A stretch of 64,000 nucleotides of DNA from an uncultured Acidobacteriota bacterium (GTDB taxonomy: Bacteria; Acidobacteriota; Thermoanaerobaculia; Multivoradales; JAHEKO01): contig CAVQNG010000003.1 in NCBI GenBank assembly GCA_963713825.1, forward strand, positions 1,248,001 through 1,312,000, given 5' to 3'. This document shows, piece by piece, positions 9,194 through 18,932 of the stretch. Numbering within the stretch: the stretch's first letter is position 1; every line of letters starts with the position of its first letter. The notes under the pieces were generated by a model. That model saw only the letters and a list, made by a program, of their open reading frames with translations. It made no database searches and was not told the origin of the DNA. The position numbers and the translations under genes are program-made.

Positions 9194-10762
9194 ATGCGAG
9201 AGCGAGACAACTGCGTGTGGTGGGCGAGGCCGCTGATTCTTCTGTTGCTCTGTGTCGGATGGGTGTCGTCCGTTGCCGGACAAGAGGAAGAGCCCGAACC
9301 CGAGAAACCCTCAGTCGAGATCGAGGAACAGTCGTCGAGCACCCAGGGTCGGGTGTCGATCGCCGGCCAGCCGGTCGAGTACACGGTCACCGTTGGGGAC
9401 ATCATTCTCCGCGACGATGAAGGTGATCCCAGGGCAAAAATGACCTTTGTCTCCTACCTGCGCGACGACGTCGAGGATCGGCGGAACCGGCCCGTGACGT
9501 TCGCTTTCAACGGGGGGCCGGGGTCGGCTTCGGTCTGGGTGCATCTGGGCGCTTTTGGGCCGAAGAAGGCACTGCTCGATGACGAGGGAATGCCGCTCGG
9601 CCCGCCGCCCGGCAAGCTGGTCGACAACGAGCACTCCGTCCTGGACATCACCGACCTGGTCTTCATCGACCCTGTCGAGACCGGTTGGAGTCGGCCGGCA
9701 CCGGGTGAAGATGGCGAACAGTTCATCGGCTTCACCAAGGACGTGGAGTCGGTCGGCGAGTTCATCCGCATCTGGCTGGCACGCAACGATCGGTGGGCCT
9801 CGCCGAAGTTCATCGCCGGAGAGAGCTATGGCACGACCCGGTCAGCCGGGCTCGCGGAGTACCTCCAGGACACCCACGGCATGTTTCTCAACGGGATATG
9901 CCTGATTTCTTCGGTCATCAACTGGGGCACCAAGGTCTTCAATGTAGGCAACGATCTGCCCTACGCACTGATTTTGCCGACCTACACCGCCACAGCCTGG
10001 CGGCACGGCAAGCTACCCGAGCACCTCACCGGCGACCTCGAAGCCGCGCTGGCGCAGTCGGAGGCCTTCGCACTGGGTGACTACACCTCGGCCCTGATGT
10101 TGGGAGATCAGCTGCAGGGAGCCGAGCGCCAGAGAATCCGCGCTCAGCTGGCCGAGCTCTCGGGGCTTTCGGAGGACTACCTCGAGCGCGCCGATCTGCG
10201 GGTCGACATCTATCACTTCGTCAAGGAGTTGCTGCGTGACCAGGGGTTGACGGTCGGGCGACTCGACAGTCGCTACACCGGCAGTGATCGCGATGATGTG
10301 GGCGAGCACTTCGAATACGACCCATCGAGTGCTGTCGTCACAGGCTGGTACGTCTCGCTGCTGAAGGACTACCTACGTCACGAGCTGGGCTACGAGAACG
10401 ACATGGTGTTCCGCCATTCTGCAGGCCGCGAGGTGCGGCCGTGGAACTATCACGAGGATCGGTCGCGGCAGAGTTATGGCAGTAACGCCTATGCCAACTA
10501 TGCTGAGCACCTTCGCGCCGCGATGCACAAGAATCCGTACCTGAAGGTGCTGGTCATGAGCGGCTACTACGATCTCGCGACACCCTACTTCGCGACAGAC
10601 TACACCGTCGACCATATGCAGCTCGACTCCGAAGTGCGAGACAACATCCAGGTGGCCTACTACAAGGCTGGGCACATGATGTATGTGCGGGCCGAGGACC
10701 TCGCCAAGTTCCGACAGGACTATCTGGACTTCGTGCGAAGTGCTTTGAGCGTCTCTGATTGA
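9194..10762 (+). CDS. S10 family serine carboxypeptidase, secreted
   Basis: FNGGPGS, IDPVETGWS, GESYG nucleophile, GYYDLAT, AGHMMY; GAGGAGG RBS. Confidence 0.9.
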   Translation: MRERDNCVWWARPLILLLLCVGWVSSVAGQEEEPEPEKPSVEIEEQSSSTQGRVSIAGQPVEYTVTVGDIILRDDEGDPRAKMTFVSYLRDDVEDRRNRPVTFAFNGGPGSASVWVHLGAFGPKKALLDDEGMPLGPPPGKLVDNEHSVLDITDLVFIDPVETGWSRPAPGEDGEQFIGFTKDVESVGEFIRIWLARNDRWASPKFIAGESYGTTRSAGLAEYLQDTHGMFLNGICLISSVINWGTKVFNVGNDLPYALILPTYTATAWRHGKLPEHLTGDLEAALAQSEAFALGDYTSALMLGDQLQGAERQRIRAQLAELSGLSEDYLERADLRVDIYHFVKELLRDQGLTVGRLDSRYTGSDRDDVGEHFEYDPSSAVVTGWYVSLLKDYLRHELGYENDMVFRHSAGREVRPWNYHEDRSRQSYGSNAYANYAEHLRAAMHKNPYLKVLVMSGYYDLATPYFATDYTVDHMQLDSEVRDNIQVAYYKAGHMMYVRAEDLAKFRQDYLDFVRSALSVSD

Positions 10763-10784
10763 GGTTCTAGAGAGAATCTCCTAG

Positions 10785-11978
10785 ATGGCCTTCGGAATCA
10801 CACGGGAAAAGCCCGCCAGGAGCGGCCAAACGGAGAGGCGGATCGTCAAGGCCGTCACGACGGAGACCGTAGTCGCGCTGGTCGTCGTCGGTGTGCTGTT
10901 GGCGCTTTTCGCGTGGAAGATGGGCCTGGCTTTCATGTTCAAGACCATGATGGCGACCGCCCATGACCTGATCCTCAACACGGTCCTCTTCCTCATGGCG
11001 GTCATCATCCTCGCCGGAGCCTTCACCTCGTTCATTTCGGAGTTCGGCATCGTCAGCATCGCCAATCGGCTGCTCTCCCCCTTGATGAGACCGCTCTTCG
11101 GGCTGCCAGGCGCGACGTCGATCGGAGTGGTCGCGACCTACTTGTCGGACAACCCGGCGATCATGCCGTTGACTTCGGACAAGGGCTTCCTGAAGTACTT
11201 CAAGAAGTGGCAGGTGACGACCCTGATCAACCTCGGCACTGTCTTCGGAATGGGTCTCATTGTCACCACGTTCATGCTGGCGCAGTCGTCTGCTGATCAG
11301 CCGCTCGGAAGAGCTGTTCTGCTCGGCAATCTCGGGGCGATTCTCGGCGGCATCGTCAGCGTCAGGCTCATGGGCCATTTCGGCAAGAAGAAATATGGTG
11401 CGGACGAAGACGTCCTCACGGAGGAGGAAGAGGGCTACGACATCCTGCGCTACCGACAGGTGAGGCAGGGCAACGTCGCCCAGCGGGCCCTACAGTCGCT
11501 CTTGGACGGCGGCGCCCATGGCGTGCAGACGGGCCTCGACATCATGCCCGGGATTGTCATCATCTGCACCTTTGTGATGATGCTGGCTTACGGTGCGACG
11601 GACGGCGTCTATACAGGCGCCGCCTACGAAGGAGTTGCCTTTTTCCCATGGCTCGGGGACAAGTTCTCGTTTCTCATCGAGCCGCTGTTCGGATTTTCGA
11701 ACCCCCAAGCCATCGCATTCCCGGTCACTTCCCTGGGTTCGGTAGGGGCCGCCTTGGCGACAGTGCCGAAGTTCCTCGAGAGCGGGATCGTGGGGGCCAA
11801 GGAGATCTGCGTCTTCACGGCGATTGGTATCTGTATGGCCGGCTTCCTGAGCACCCATGTGGGCATGATGGATGGCATCAAAGAGCGCGCCTTGACCAAC
11901 GTGGCCATCGTGACCCACTTGATTGGCAGCCTCAGTGCCGGCGTCTTTGGCCATGCCCTGTTTCTATTGTTCGGTTGA
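10785..11978 (+). CDS. Nucleoside-recognition Gate-domain membrane protein (CD0519/CD1768-like putative transporter)
   Basis: LSPLMRPLFGLPG, YLSDNPA, second repeat PLFGF..PQAIAFP, STHVGMMD; multiple TM helices. Confidence 0.7.
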   Translation: MAFGITREKPARSGQTERRIVKAVTTETVVALVVVGVLLALFAWKMGLAFMFKTMMATAHDLILNTVLFLMAVIILAGAFTSFISEFGIVSIANRLLSPLMRPLFGLPGATSIGVVATYLSDNPAIMPLTSDKGFLKYFKKWQVTTLINLGTVFGMGLIVTTFMLAQSSADQPLGRAVLLGNLGAILGGIVSVRLMGHFGKKKYGADEDVLTEEEEGYDILRYRQVRQGNVAQRALQSLLDGGAHGVQTGLDIMPGIVIICTFVMMLAYGATDGVYTGAAYEGVAFFPWLGDKFSFLIEPLFGFSNPQAIAFPVTSLGSVGAALATVPKFLESGIVGAKEICVFTAIGICMAGFLSTHVGMMDGIKERALTNVAIVTHLIGSLSAGVFGHALFLLFG

Positions 11979-11995
11979 TTTCGGAGGGACCTCGC

Positions 11996-14290
11996 ATGAC
12001 CCCCAAGACGATCATCCCCGTTTCGTCCCGACTGTTGCTGGTTTGCCTGGCCCTGCTGCTTGCTCCGACGAGCTCTGGAGCGGAAGAGCCGGCCTTTCGA
12101 GAGTCGACCGGCATCGACGAGAAGCTGCAGCGAATCTTCACGGACGAGGAGTTCGAGCCGGAGGAATTCGGTCCGGCCCGATGGCAGGACGAGGGCCTCT
12201 ACTACACGACGCTCGAGCCTGCGGATTCCGTCAAGGACTCGAAGGACGAGGAAGCCAAGGACATCGTGCGGTATGAGACCGCGACCGGGCTCCGCGAGGT
12301 GGTCATCGATGCCGGCCAGCTCATTCCCGAGGGTAGAAGCCGCGCTCTCGAGATCGACGACTACGCCTGGTCTGAAGACAAGAAACGGCTTCTTGTCTTC
12401 ACCAACACCGAACGGGTTTGGCGCCGCAATACCCGGGGAGACTACTGGGTCATGGATCTTGCGACGGGCGGCCTGCAGAAGCTTGGCGGCGACGCTGAGC
12501 CTTCGACGCTGATGTTCGCCAAGTTCTCCCCAGACGGAGCGCGGGTGGCCTATGTGCGTGAAAACAACCTTTACGTCGAGGTGATCGAGACCGGTGAGAT
12601 CACGCCGCTGACAAGCGACGGGTCGGAGACGATCATCAACGGCACCTCGGACTGGGTCTACGAAGAAGAGCTCGGCATTCGAGACGGCTACCGCTGGAGC
12701 CCGGACGGCCAGCACATCGCCTTTTGGAACTTCGACTCGAGCGGCGTCGACAAGTTCGCTCTGATCAACAACACAGACACGCTTTATCCACAGCTCACCT
12801 GGATTCCCTATCCCAAAGCCGGGACGACAAACTCGGCGGCGCGGGTAGGGGTGGTCGATTCGAACGGTGGAGAGATCCGCTGGATGGACGTTCCCGGTGA
12901 TCCTCGGAACACCTACATCGCGCGCCTGGACTGGGGTGAGGATTCCGAGACGCTCCTCCTGCAGCACCTCAATCGGCTGCAGAACACGAATGATGTTCTG
13001 CTCGCAGAGGCTGATACCGGCAAAGTCCGGCGGGTCCATCAGGATCGCTCCGAGACGTGGGTCGATGTCATGGAGGAGCTCGAATGGCTCGATGGGTCCG
13101 AAGAGTTCCTTTGGCTGAGTGAGAAGGATGGTTGGCGGCACGCCTACCGGGTCCGTCGAGATGGCTCGGGCGAGCAGCTCATCACTCGATTCGAAGCCGA
13201 CGTGATCAGCCTGGCGGGAGCGGGCACCGGGTCGGGATGGCTCTACTTCATCGCCTCACCGGACAATGCAACACAGAGGTATCTCTATCGGGCCAGGATC
13301 GATGGTTCGGCAAGCCCTGAGCGAGTGACACCGATCGACCAGCCAGGCACTCACAGCTACGATGTCTCACCCGACGGCGCCTACGCTTTTCATACCTATT
13401 CCCGCTTCGATGTCCCACCCGTGATCGACCTTGTGCGCCTTCCGGGGCATGAGACCGTGCGCGTTCTGGAAGACAACGCCGAGTTGGCAAGCCGACTTGG
13501 CGATATCGCCGCGCCACCGGTGGAGTTCTTCCAGACCGAGGTCGAGGCAGGCGTGACGCTCGACTCCTGGATGCTGAAGCCGCGCGATTTCGATCCGAGT
13601 CGGAGCTACCCACTGCTCGTTTACGTCTATGGAGAGCCGGCGGGAACCACCGTGGTGGATCGCTGGGGAGGCAACCGGATGCTGTTTCATCGGGCCGTGG
13701 CCGACGCCGGCTTCGTGGTGGTCAGTTTCGACAACCGCGGTACGCCAGCGCCCAAAGGCGCAGCTTGGAGAAAAGTCGTCTACGGCACCGTTGGCGAGCA
13801 CTCTTCCAGAGACCAGGCGGCCGCCGTCAGGGCCTTTACCGGAAAGCACTCCTTTGTCGATCCCGAGCGCGTCGCTGTCTGGGGGTGGAGTGGCGGTGGC
13901 TCGAACACCCTCAATTGCATGTTCCGCTATCCGGAGGTTTTCAAGGTCGGTGTCTCGGTGGCGCCGGTGCCCGATCAGAAGCTCTACGACACCATCTACC
14001 AGGAACGCTACATGGGCCTGCCGGAAGACAATCCGCAAGGGTATGAGATCGGCTCTCCCATTCATTTTGCTGCGGGACTGGAAGGTCGTCTTCTTCTCGT
14101 TCACGGCACCGCCGACGACAATGTGCACTACCAGGGTACCGAGCGCCTGGTGAATCGCCTCATCGAGCTCGGAAAACCGTTCGACATGATGGTCTATCCG
14201 AATCGGACCCACGCCATCAAAGAGGGCGATGGGACCTCGTTCCACATCCACAGCCTGATCGCGCGCTATCTGATCGAGGCCCGCTGGTGA
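11996..14290 (+). CDS. S9B dipeptidyl-peptidase IV family protein, secreted
   Basis: DWVYEEE, GWSGGG nucleophile, HGTADDNVH, catalytic His in NRTHAI; true start ATG 11996 after GGAGG. Confidence 0.92.
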   Translation: MTPKTIIPVSSRLLLVCLALLLAPTSSGAEEPAFRESTGIDEKLQRIFTDEEFEPEEFGPARWQDEGLYYTTLEPADSVKDSKDEEAKDIVRYETATGLREVVIDAGQLIPEGRSRALEIDDYAWSEDKKRLLVFTNTERVWRRNTRGDYWVMDLATGGLQKLGGDAEPSTLMFAKFSPDGARVAYVRENNLYVEVIETGEITPLTSDGSETIINGTSDWVYEEELGIRDGYRWSPDGQHIAFWNFDSSGVDKFALINNTDTLYPQLTWIPYPKAGTTNSAARVGVVDSNGGEIRWMDVPGDPRNTYIARLDWGEDSETLLLQHLNRLQNTNDVLLAEADTGKVRRVHQDRSETWVDVMEELEWLDGSEEFLWLSEKDGWRHAYRVRRDGSGEQLITRFEADVISLAGAGTGSGWLYFIASPDNATQRYLYRARIDGSASPERVTPIDQPGTHSYDVSPDGAYAFHTYSRFDVPPVIDLVRLPGHETVRVLEDNAELASRLGDIAAPPVEFFQTEVEAGVTLDSWMLKPRDFDPSRSYPLLVYVYGEPAGTTVVDRWGGNRMLFHRAVADAGFVVVSFDNRGTPAPKGAAWRKVVYGTVGEHSSRDQAAAVRAFTGKHSFVDPERVAVWGWSGGGSNTLNCMFRYPEVFKVGVSVAPVPDQKLYDTIYQERYMGLPEDNPQGYEIGSPIHFAAGLEGRLLLVHGTADDNVHYQGTERLVNRLIELGKPFDMMVYPNRTHAIKEGDGTSFHIHSLIARYLIEARW

Positions 14291-14373
14291 TGCCTGTCTG
14301 GGCCTGAGTCGACTTCGGAACTTGGATCAGGCCGAGCGCCATTCGTGTGTCGGCCTGAAGGTAGAATCAGACC

Positions 14374-16707
14374 GTGACACCGCAGATTGCATTCCTTTTC
14401 GCCGTGCTGGCGGTGATGGTGTATCTGTTTCTCACCGAGAAGCTGCCGGTAGATCTGACGGCGTTTCTGGGCCTGACCGTCCTGATCTTCACAGGCTATC
14501 TGACCCCAGCCGAGGCCTTTACAGGCTTCTCGTCGCCGGCGGTGATCACCATGTTGTCGGTCTTCATCGTCGGTGCCGCCTTGCTCGAGACCGGCGTGGC
14601 GGATGTCATCGGTGGCCGGATCTACAAGATCGTCGGCAATAGCGAGACCCGTCTCATCATCGTGTTGATGTTGACCTGCGGGATCCTCTCGGCCTTCATG
14701 AACAACATCGCCGCCACGGCTGTGCTGATGCCGGCGGTGGCGACCATTGCCCACCGCGCCGGGTTGTCACCATCTCGGCTGTTCATGCCGCTGGCCTTCG
14801 GCGCCATCCTCGGCGGCACCACGACTCTGGTTGGGACACCGCCCAATATCCTCGCTGCGCAGATGCTCGAAGAGCGTGGCCTCGAGCCGTTCTCACTTTT
14901 CGATTTCACCCCGATGGGCCTGGCCCTTCTCGGCCTGGGGGTCATCTACATGCTGACTCTTGGCCGCAAGCTGCTGCCCGCAGGGGAGCAACACGGCCCA
15001 GCACAGTCCGAATCGCGCGATCTGACCCAGGTCTACCAGCTCAAAGAGCACCTGTTCTCGATTCGGCTGCCGGAGGACACGCCACTCGATGGGATGACTT
15101 TGGCCGAAACGCGCCTCGGCAACACATTGGGCGTCAAGGTGCTGTCCATTCAAAGAGGGGACAAGCGTCGCTCCATGCCGCGAGGTGATTCGGTACTGCG
15201 CGCTGGAGACGTATTGATGGTGGATGGTCTGGCCGCCGATCTCGGTGAGCTGCTGCGGATGCAGAACCTGGAGATCGAGCAGATCAGGGTTGCAGAGCTG
15301 CCGAGTCCGGTGCGTGGAGTGGGAGGGGTGAGAGCGCGCGTTCTGGCCGGATCTCCCCTGATCGGTTTCAACCTCAAAGAGCTGAGCTTTCGAGACCGTT
15401 TCGGTTTGGTGGTCGTCGGTGTGCGTCGCGGCGAGCACCTGCAGGGTATCGAGTTGGCTGAGTGGGTGTTGCAGGCGAATGACGAAATCTTCGCGCTCGG
15501 TGCCAAGGATCGTCTGGAGAGCCTGTCGCGTCATCCGGACTTCGAGGTTCTTCAGACGGGCCTGACTGCGATTCGAGATCTGGTCAGCCAGCTGCATCTG
15601 GTACGGATTCCAGAGGGTTCTCCGTTGGTGGATACGTCCATCGAGGAAAGCCGCCTGGGTGAGCTGGTGGGTCTTACAGTTGCCGGACTGATTCGGGACG
15701 ACGAGACCCACCTGGCCGTCTCGCCCAAAGAGATCCTCCGTGTCGACGATCGACTGTTGATTGGCGGTGGTCCCGAGCGACTGGTAACGCTTGTCGACCT
15801 CGGGGAGGTGCAGTTCGAAGAGGCGCTCAAAGAGGCGCCTCTCGAGTCCGAGAAGATCGGCATGGTCGAGGCGGCCCTGGCCCCTCGCTCGGCGGCCATC
15901 GGCCGCACGCTGGCCGATCTGCGCTTCCAAAGTCGATATGGACTTCTGGCGCTGGCCCTATGGCGCGAGGGCCAGCCGCATCACGTCGATTTCTCCCACG
16001 TTCCTCTTCGCCTCGGGGACGCGCTACTGCTGCATGGGCCAAGACAGAAGATCCGGGAGTTGGCGGCCGAACCCGACTTCGTGGTGCTGTCACAGGCCGA
16101 TCAGGCACCGCGGCGCCTGAGCAAGGCGCCCTGGGCTTTTGGCGCGTTGCTCTTGATGATCGGCCTCGTGGCCACTGGAGCACAACCGATTCACGTCGCC
16201 GCCTTCGCGGCCGCATCGCTGGCCATTCTCTTCGGCGCGCTGACCATGGAGGACGCGTATCGCGCCATCGAATGGAAGGCCATCTTTCTGGTGGCTGCGG
16301 TGCTACCAGTGGGCCTGGCGATGGAGAGAACAGGAGCGGCCATGTTTCTGGCCGACGGGGTGACCAATCTCGCCGGGCCTCTCGGCAACCACATGACGCT
16401 GGCGGCTCTCATTGTCCTGGCCAGCATGCTCTCACAGGGGCTCGACGGTGCGCCCGCCGTGGTCCTTCTGGCGCCGGTCGTCATCGATACTGCCAAGAAC
16501 CTCGGCATCAGTCCCTATCCCCTGATGATGGGTGTGAGCCTGGCTGCTTCGGCCGCCTTCATGACGCCCTTCTCTCACAAAGCCAACCTGCTGGTCATGG
16601 GCGCTGGCGGCTACAGGTCGCGCGACTATCTGCGGGTCGGCACACCGCTCACACTGGTCATCTTCGTCGTGCTGACGCTTCTCGTGCCCGTGTTCTTCCC
16701 GTTCTGA
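14374..16707 (+). CDS. SLC13/DASS-like permease with four TrkA-C (RCK_C) domains
   Basis: SAFMNN, GTPPN, four GSPL/GxTL-type TrkA-C repeats, GGYRSRDYLRVG. Confidence 0.88.
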   Translation: MTPQIAFLFAVLAVMVYLFLTEKLPVDLTAFLGLTVLIFTGYLTPAEAFTGFSSPAVITMLSVFIVGAALLETGVADVIGGRIYKIVGNSETRLIIVLMLTCGILSAFMNNIAATAVLMPAVATIAHRAGLSPSRLFMPLAFGAILGGTTTLVGTPPNILAAQMLEERGLEPFSLFDFTPMGLALLGLGVIYMLTLGRKLLPAGEQHGPAQSESRDLTQVYQLKEHLFSIRLPEDTPLDGMTLAETRLGNTLGVKVLSIQRGDKRRSMPRGDSVLRAGDVLMVDGLAADLGELLRMQNLEIEQIRVAELPSPVRGVGGVRARVLAGSPLIGFNLKELSFRDRFGLVVVGVRRGEHLQGIELAEWVLQANDEIFALGAKDRLESLSRHPDFEVLQTGLTAIRDLVSQLHLVRIPEGSPLVDTSIEESRLGELVGLTVAGLIRDDETHLAVSPKEILRVDDRLLIGGGPERLVTLVDLGEVQFEEALKEAPLESEKIGMVEAALAPRSAAIGRTLADLRFQSRYGLLALALWREGQPHHVDFSHVPLRLGDALLLHGPRQKIRELAAEPDFVVLSQADQAPRRLSKAPWAFGALLLMIGLVATGAQPIHVAAFAAASLAILFGALTMEDAYRAIEWKAIFLVAAVLPVGLAMERTGAAMFLADGVTNLAGPLGNHMTLAALIVLASMLSQGLDGAPAVVLLAPVVIDTAKNLGISPYPLMMGVSLAASAAFMTPFSHKANLLVMGAGGYRSRDYLRVGTPLTLVIFVVLTLLVPVFFPF

Positions 16708-16710
16708 GCC

Positions 16711-17853
16711 GTGTCCCTTCGACTCGTTGCCACCTGTGCGCTCGGCCTGGAGGAGTTCCTCGAGGCGGAGCTGAAGAAGCTCGGTGCCTCGAGTTGTGGC
16801 CGGGAGCGCGGCGCGGTTACCTTTTCAGGCACCTGGGAGGATGTGCTGCGGGCAAACTGGTTCTTGCGTACGGCCAACCGGATCCTCGTCGAGTTGGCTT
16901 CGTGGGAGGGGTCGACTGCCGAAGCCCTGGAAGCCGGCGCGGGCCGGCTGGTCGAGGGCACCAGGAGCTGGGATGGCCTGAGAGCGGAAGAGATTTTCGA
17001 TCCGAGTCACAGCTTCGCAATCCGTGCCACCACAGCCCGGTCGGCCCTCCGCGACACACGCTGGGTGGGTCTGAAGGTCAAGGATGGCATCGTCGATGCC
17101 CAGCGGCGACGATTCGGTCGCCGTGCCTCCATCGATCGCAAGAACCCCGACATCCATCTCAGGGTCTGGTTGTCTCGCGATCGGGCCACGCTGCTGCTGG
17201 ATACGTCGGGCGAGCCGTTGGACCGGCGTGGCTATCGGGTGGCGACGAGCGAGGCGCCGGTGCGCGAGAACCTGGCGGCAGCCTGCATTCTCGCCTCGGG
17301 ATGGGATGGCCAGGGGCCGGTGGTGGACCCGATGTGTGGCTCCGGGACTTTGCTGGCCGAAGCCGCGGCGGTGGCGCTCGACCTGGCGCCGGGTCGGCTG
17401 CGGACGACATGGGCCTTCGAGCGACTGCCGGGCATCGGCAGGGAAGCCTGGGATTCTCTTCAGCAGGAGGGGACTCGTTTGCCGGAGACGGGATTGAAGC
17501 TCTTCGGAGTGGACCAGTCTCCTGCCGCCGTCGAGGCAGCGAGCGCCAACCTCCGGAAAGCCGGCCTGGGTCGGCTGTCCTCTATCGAGGTCGGAGATGC
17601 CTATTCCTACGAGCCTCCGGCCGGTCCCGGCTTGCTCGTCGTCAATCCGGCCTACGGTGAGCGGCTCGAAGAGAACCGGAACCAGTGGCCACGTCTCGGT
17701 GACCTGATGAAGCAGCGCTATGCGGGCTGGAAAGCGGTGGTCCTGGCGGGAGGCGAGGGCCTGGGCAAGCACATCGGGCTGCGGCCGAGTCGACGCATCC
17801 CCGTCCGCAACGGCCCGCTGGATGCCCGCATTCTGTTGTTCGACCTGTACTGA
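16711..17853 (+). CDS. rlmL: THUMP-domain class I SAM RNA methyltransferase (RlmL/YpsC-like)
   Basis: LDTSGEPLDRRGYR, APVRENLAAA, DPMCGSGT, NPAYGER. Confidence 0.82.
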   Translation: MSLRLVATCALGLEEFLEAELKKLGASSCGRERGAVTFSGTWEDVLRANWFLRTANRILVELASWEGSTAEALEAGAGRLVEGTRSWDGLRAEEIFDPSHSFAIRATTARSALRDTRWVGLKVKDGIVDAQRRRFGRRASIDRKNPDIHLRVWLSRDRATLLLDTSGEPLDRRGYRVATSEAPVRENLAAACILASGWDGQGPVVDPMCGSGTLLAEAAAVALDLAPGRLRTTWAFERLPGIGREAWDSLQQEGTRLPETGLKLFGVDQSPAAVEAASANLRKAGLGRLSSIEVGDAYSYEPPAGPGLLVVNPAYGERLEENRNQWPRLGDLMKQRYAGWKAVVLAGGEGLGKHIGLRPSRRIPVRNGPLDARILLFDLY

Positions 17854-17972
17854 TCCTGTTGCGGAGTTTGATGGATTCTGTCGCCTTCTTCTTCGAAGGC
17901 GGCTGCGCGCCGCCGACCCTGAGTCGAGGGCATGGAATCTGCAACCTGCAATCAACGAGGAGGGTCGAGCCC

Positions 17973-18809
17973 ATGAAGAAACTTCTCTGCTGTTGTCTCG
18001 CATTCCTACTGCCTGCCGTCGCAATGCCGGCGGAGACTGTCACGATTCCCTTTGGTACCACGGTCTTCTGTGAGCTGGATCAGCAGGTCACGACCCGACA
18101 GAAGGAGGCGTATGCCGTCCAGACGGGTGACATCGTCCAGGCCCACGTCTGGAAGGATGTGTGGGTCGATGGGCACCGGGTCATCACAGCGGGTACGCCC
18201 GTCTACGCCAAAGTCGAGAGGATGAAGAAGGCCCGAATGGCAGGTCAGAAGGGCTTTCTCGAGATCGAGGTGCTAAGCGCTGCGGCGGTCGATAGGACCG
18301 ATGTCGCCCTCGACGGCGGCTACGACCGGTCGGGCAGGGGAAGAATGGGGGTGACCATCGGTTTGGCGGTGGCCCTGGCCTGGCCGTTTGTCTTCATCAA
18401 GGGCAAGAACGTCTTCCTGGAGCCCGGGGCGATCTTCGACACCATGGTCCGTGCCTCGACCGAGGTGGAAGTTTCGGGCGCCGTGTCACCGCCCATCCAG
18501 GTCGGAGGCGAGACTGGGCTGGTGGTCACGATTCCCTACAACGAGATCGACCTGGAGAAGAAGATCCGCGAGCTGCCGCTGCTCTTGCACGTGCCGGAGG
18601 GGGCGCTCTCAAGAGCCAGCGTAGTCTCCGTCAACGGCAAAGAGATCCAGCCGATCCAGGTGAGAGTGCTGGGGGACGAAGGGGACGACAGCTACAGGGC
18701 GGTCGTCGATTTCAAGCTGCTCTCAAACCACTTCGGTCGCGGCATGAACCGTTTCGAGGTCGAGATGGGTGAGTATCGCGCCGAGATCTTGCTGGAGATC
18801 GAGTTCTAG
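17973..18809 (+). CDS. Secreted hypothetical protein (beta-rich, one internal hydrophobic segment)
   Basis: GGAGG RBS, MKK signal peptide, IPFGT...GD.V.A.V..DV.VDG..VI.AGT.V pattern. Confidence 0.7.
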   Translation: MKKLLCCCLAFLLPAVAMPAETVTIPFGTTVFCELDQQVTTRQKEAYAVQTGDIVQAHVWKDVWVDGHRVITAGTPVYAKVERMKKARMAGQKGFLEIEVLSAAAVDRTDVALDGGYDRSGRGRMGVTIGLAVALAWPFVFIKGKNVFLEPGAIFDTMVRASTEVEVSGAVSPPIQVGGETGLVVTIPYNEIDLEKKIRELPLLLHVPEGALSRASVVSVNGKEIQPIQVRVLGDEGDDSYRAVVDFKLLSNHFGRGMNRFEVEMGEYRAEILLEIEF

Positions 18810-18932
18810 GCCCACAGATCTCCGGCGAGCCGAATGCCGATATCCTTGTTCTTTCACAAGCCCGATTTGGGAGAACAGGGGTTGGCTGCGATAAGAACCG
18901 ATTTGCCATCCAGTGGGCGTGAAGCCCTGGCG

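Noticed and set aside
11648-11995. N-terminal extension of the DPP-IV ORF
   Set aside because: Overlaps the Gate gene; the RBS and signal peptide point to ATG 11996
17883-17930. Hairpin CGCCTTC/GAAGGCG and CCCTGAGTCGAGGG after the methyltransferase
   Set aside because: No U-tract and too short to call as a terminator or REP
15960-18024. ORFs 15960-17660 (+) and 16825-18024 (-)
   Set aside because: Shadow frames of the permease and methyltransferase with no motifs
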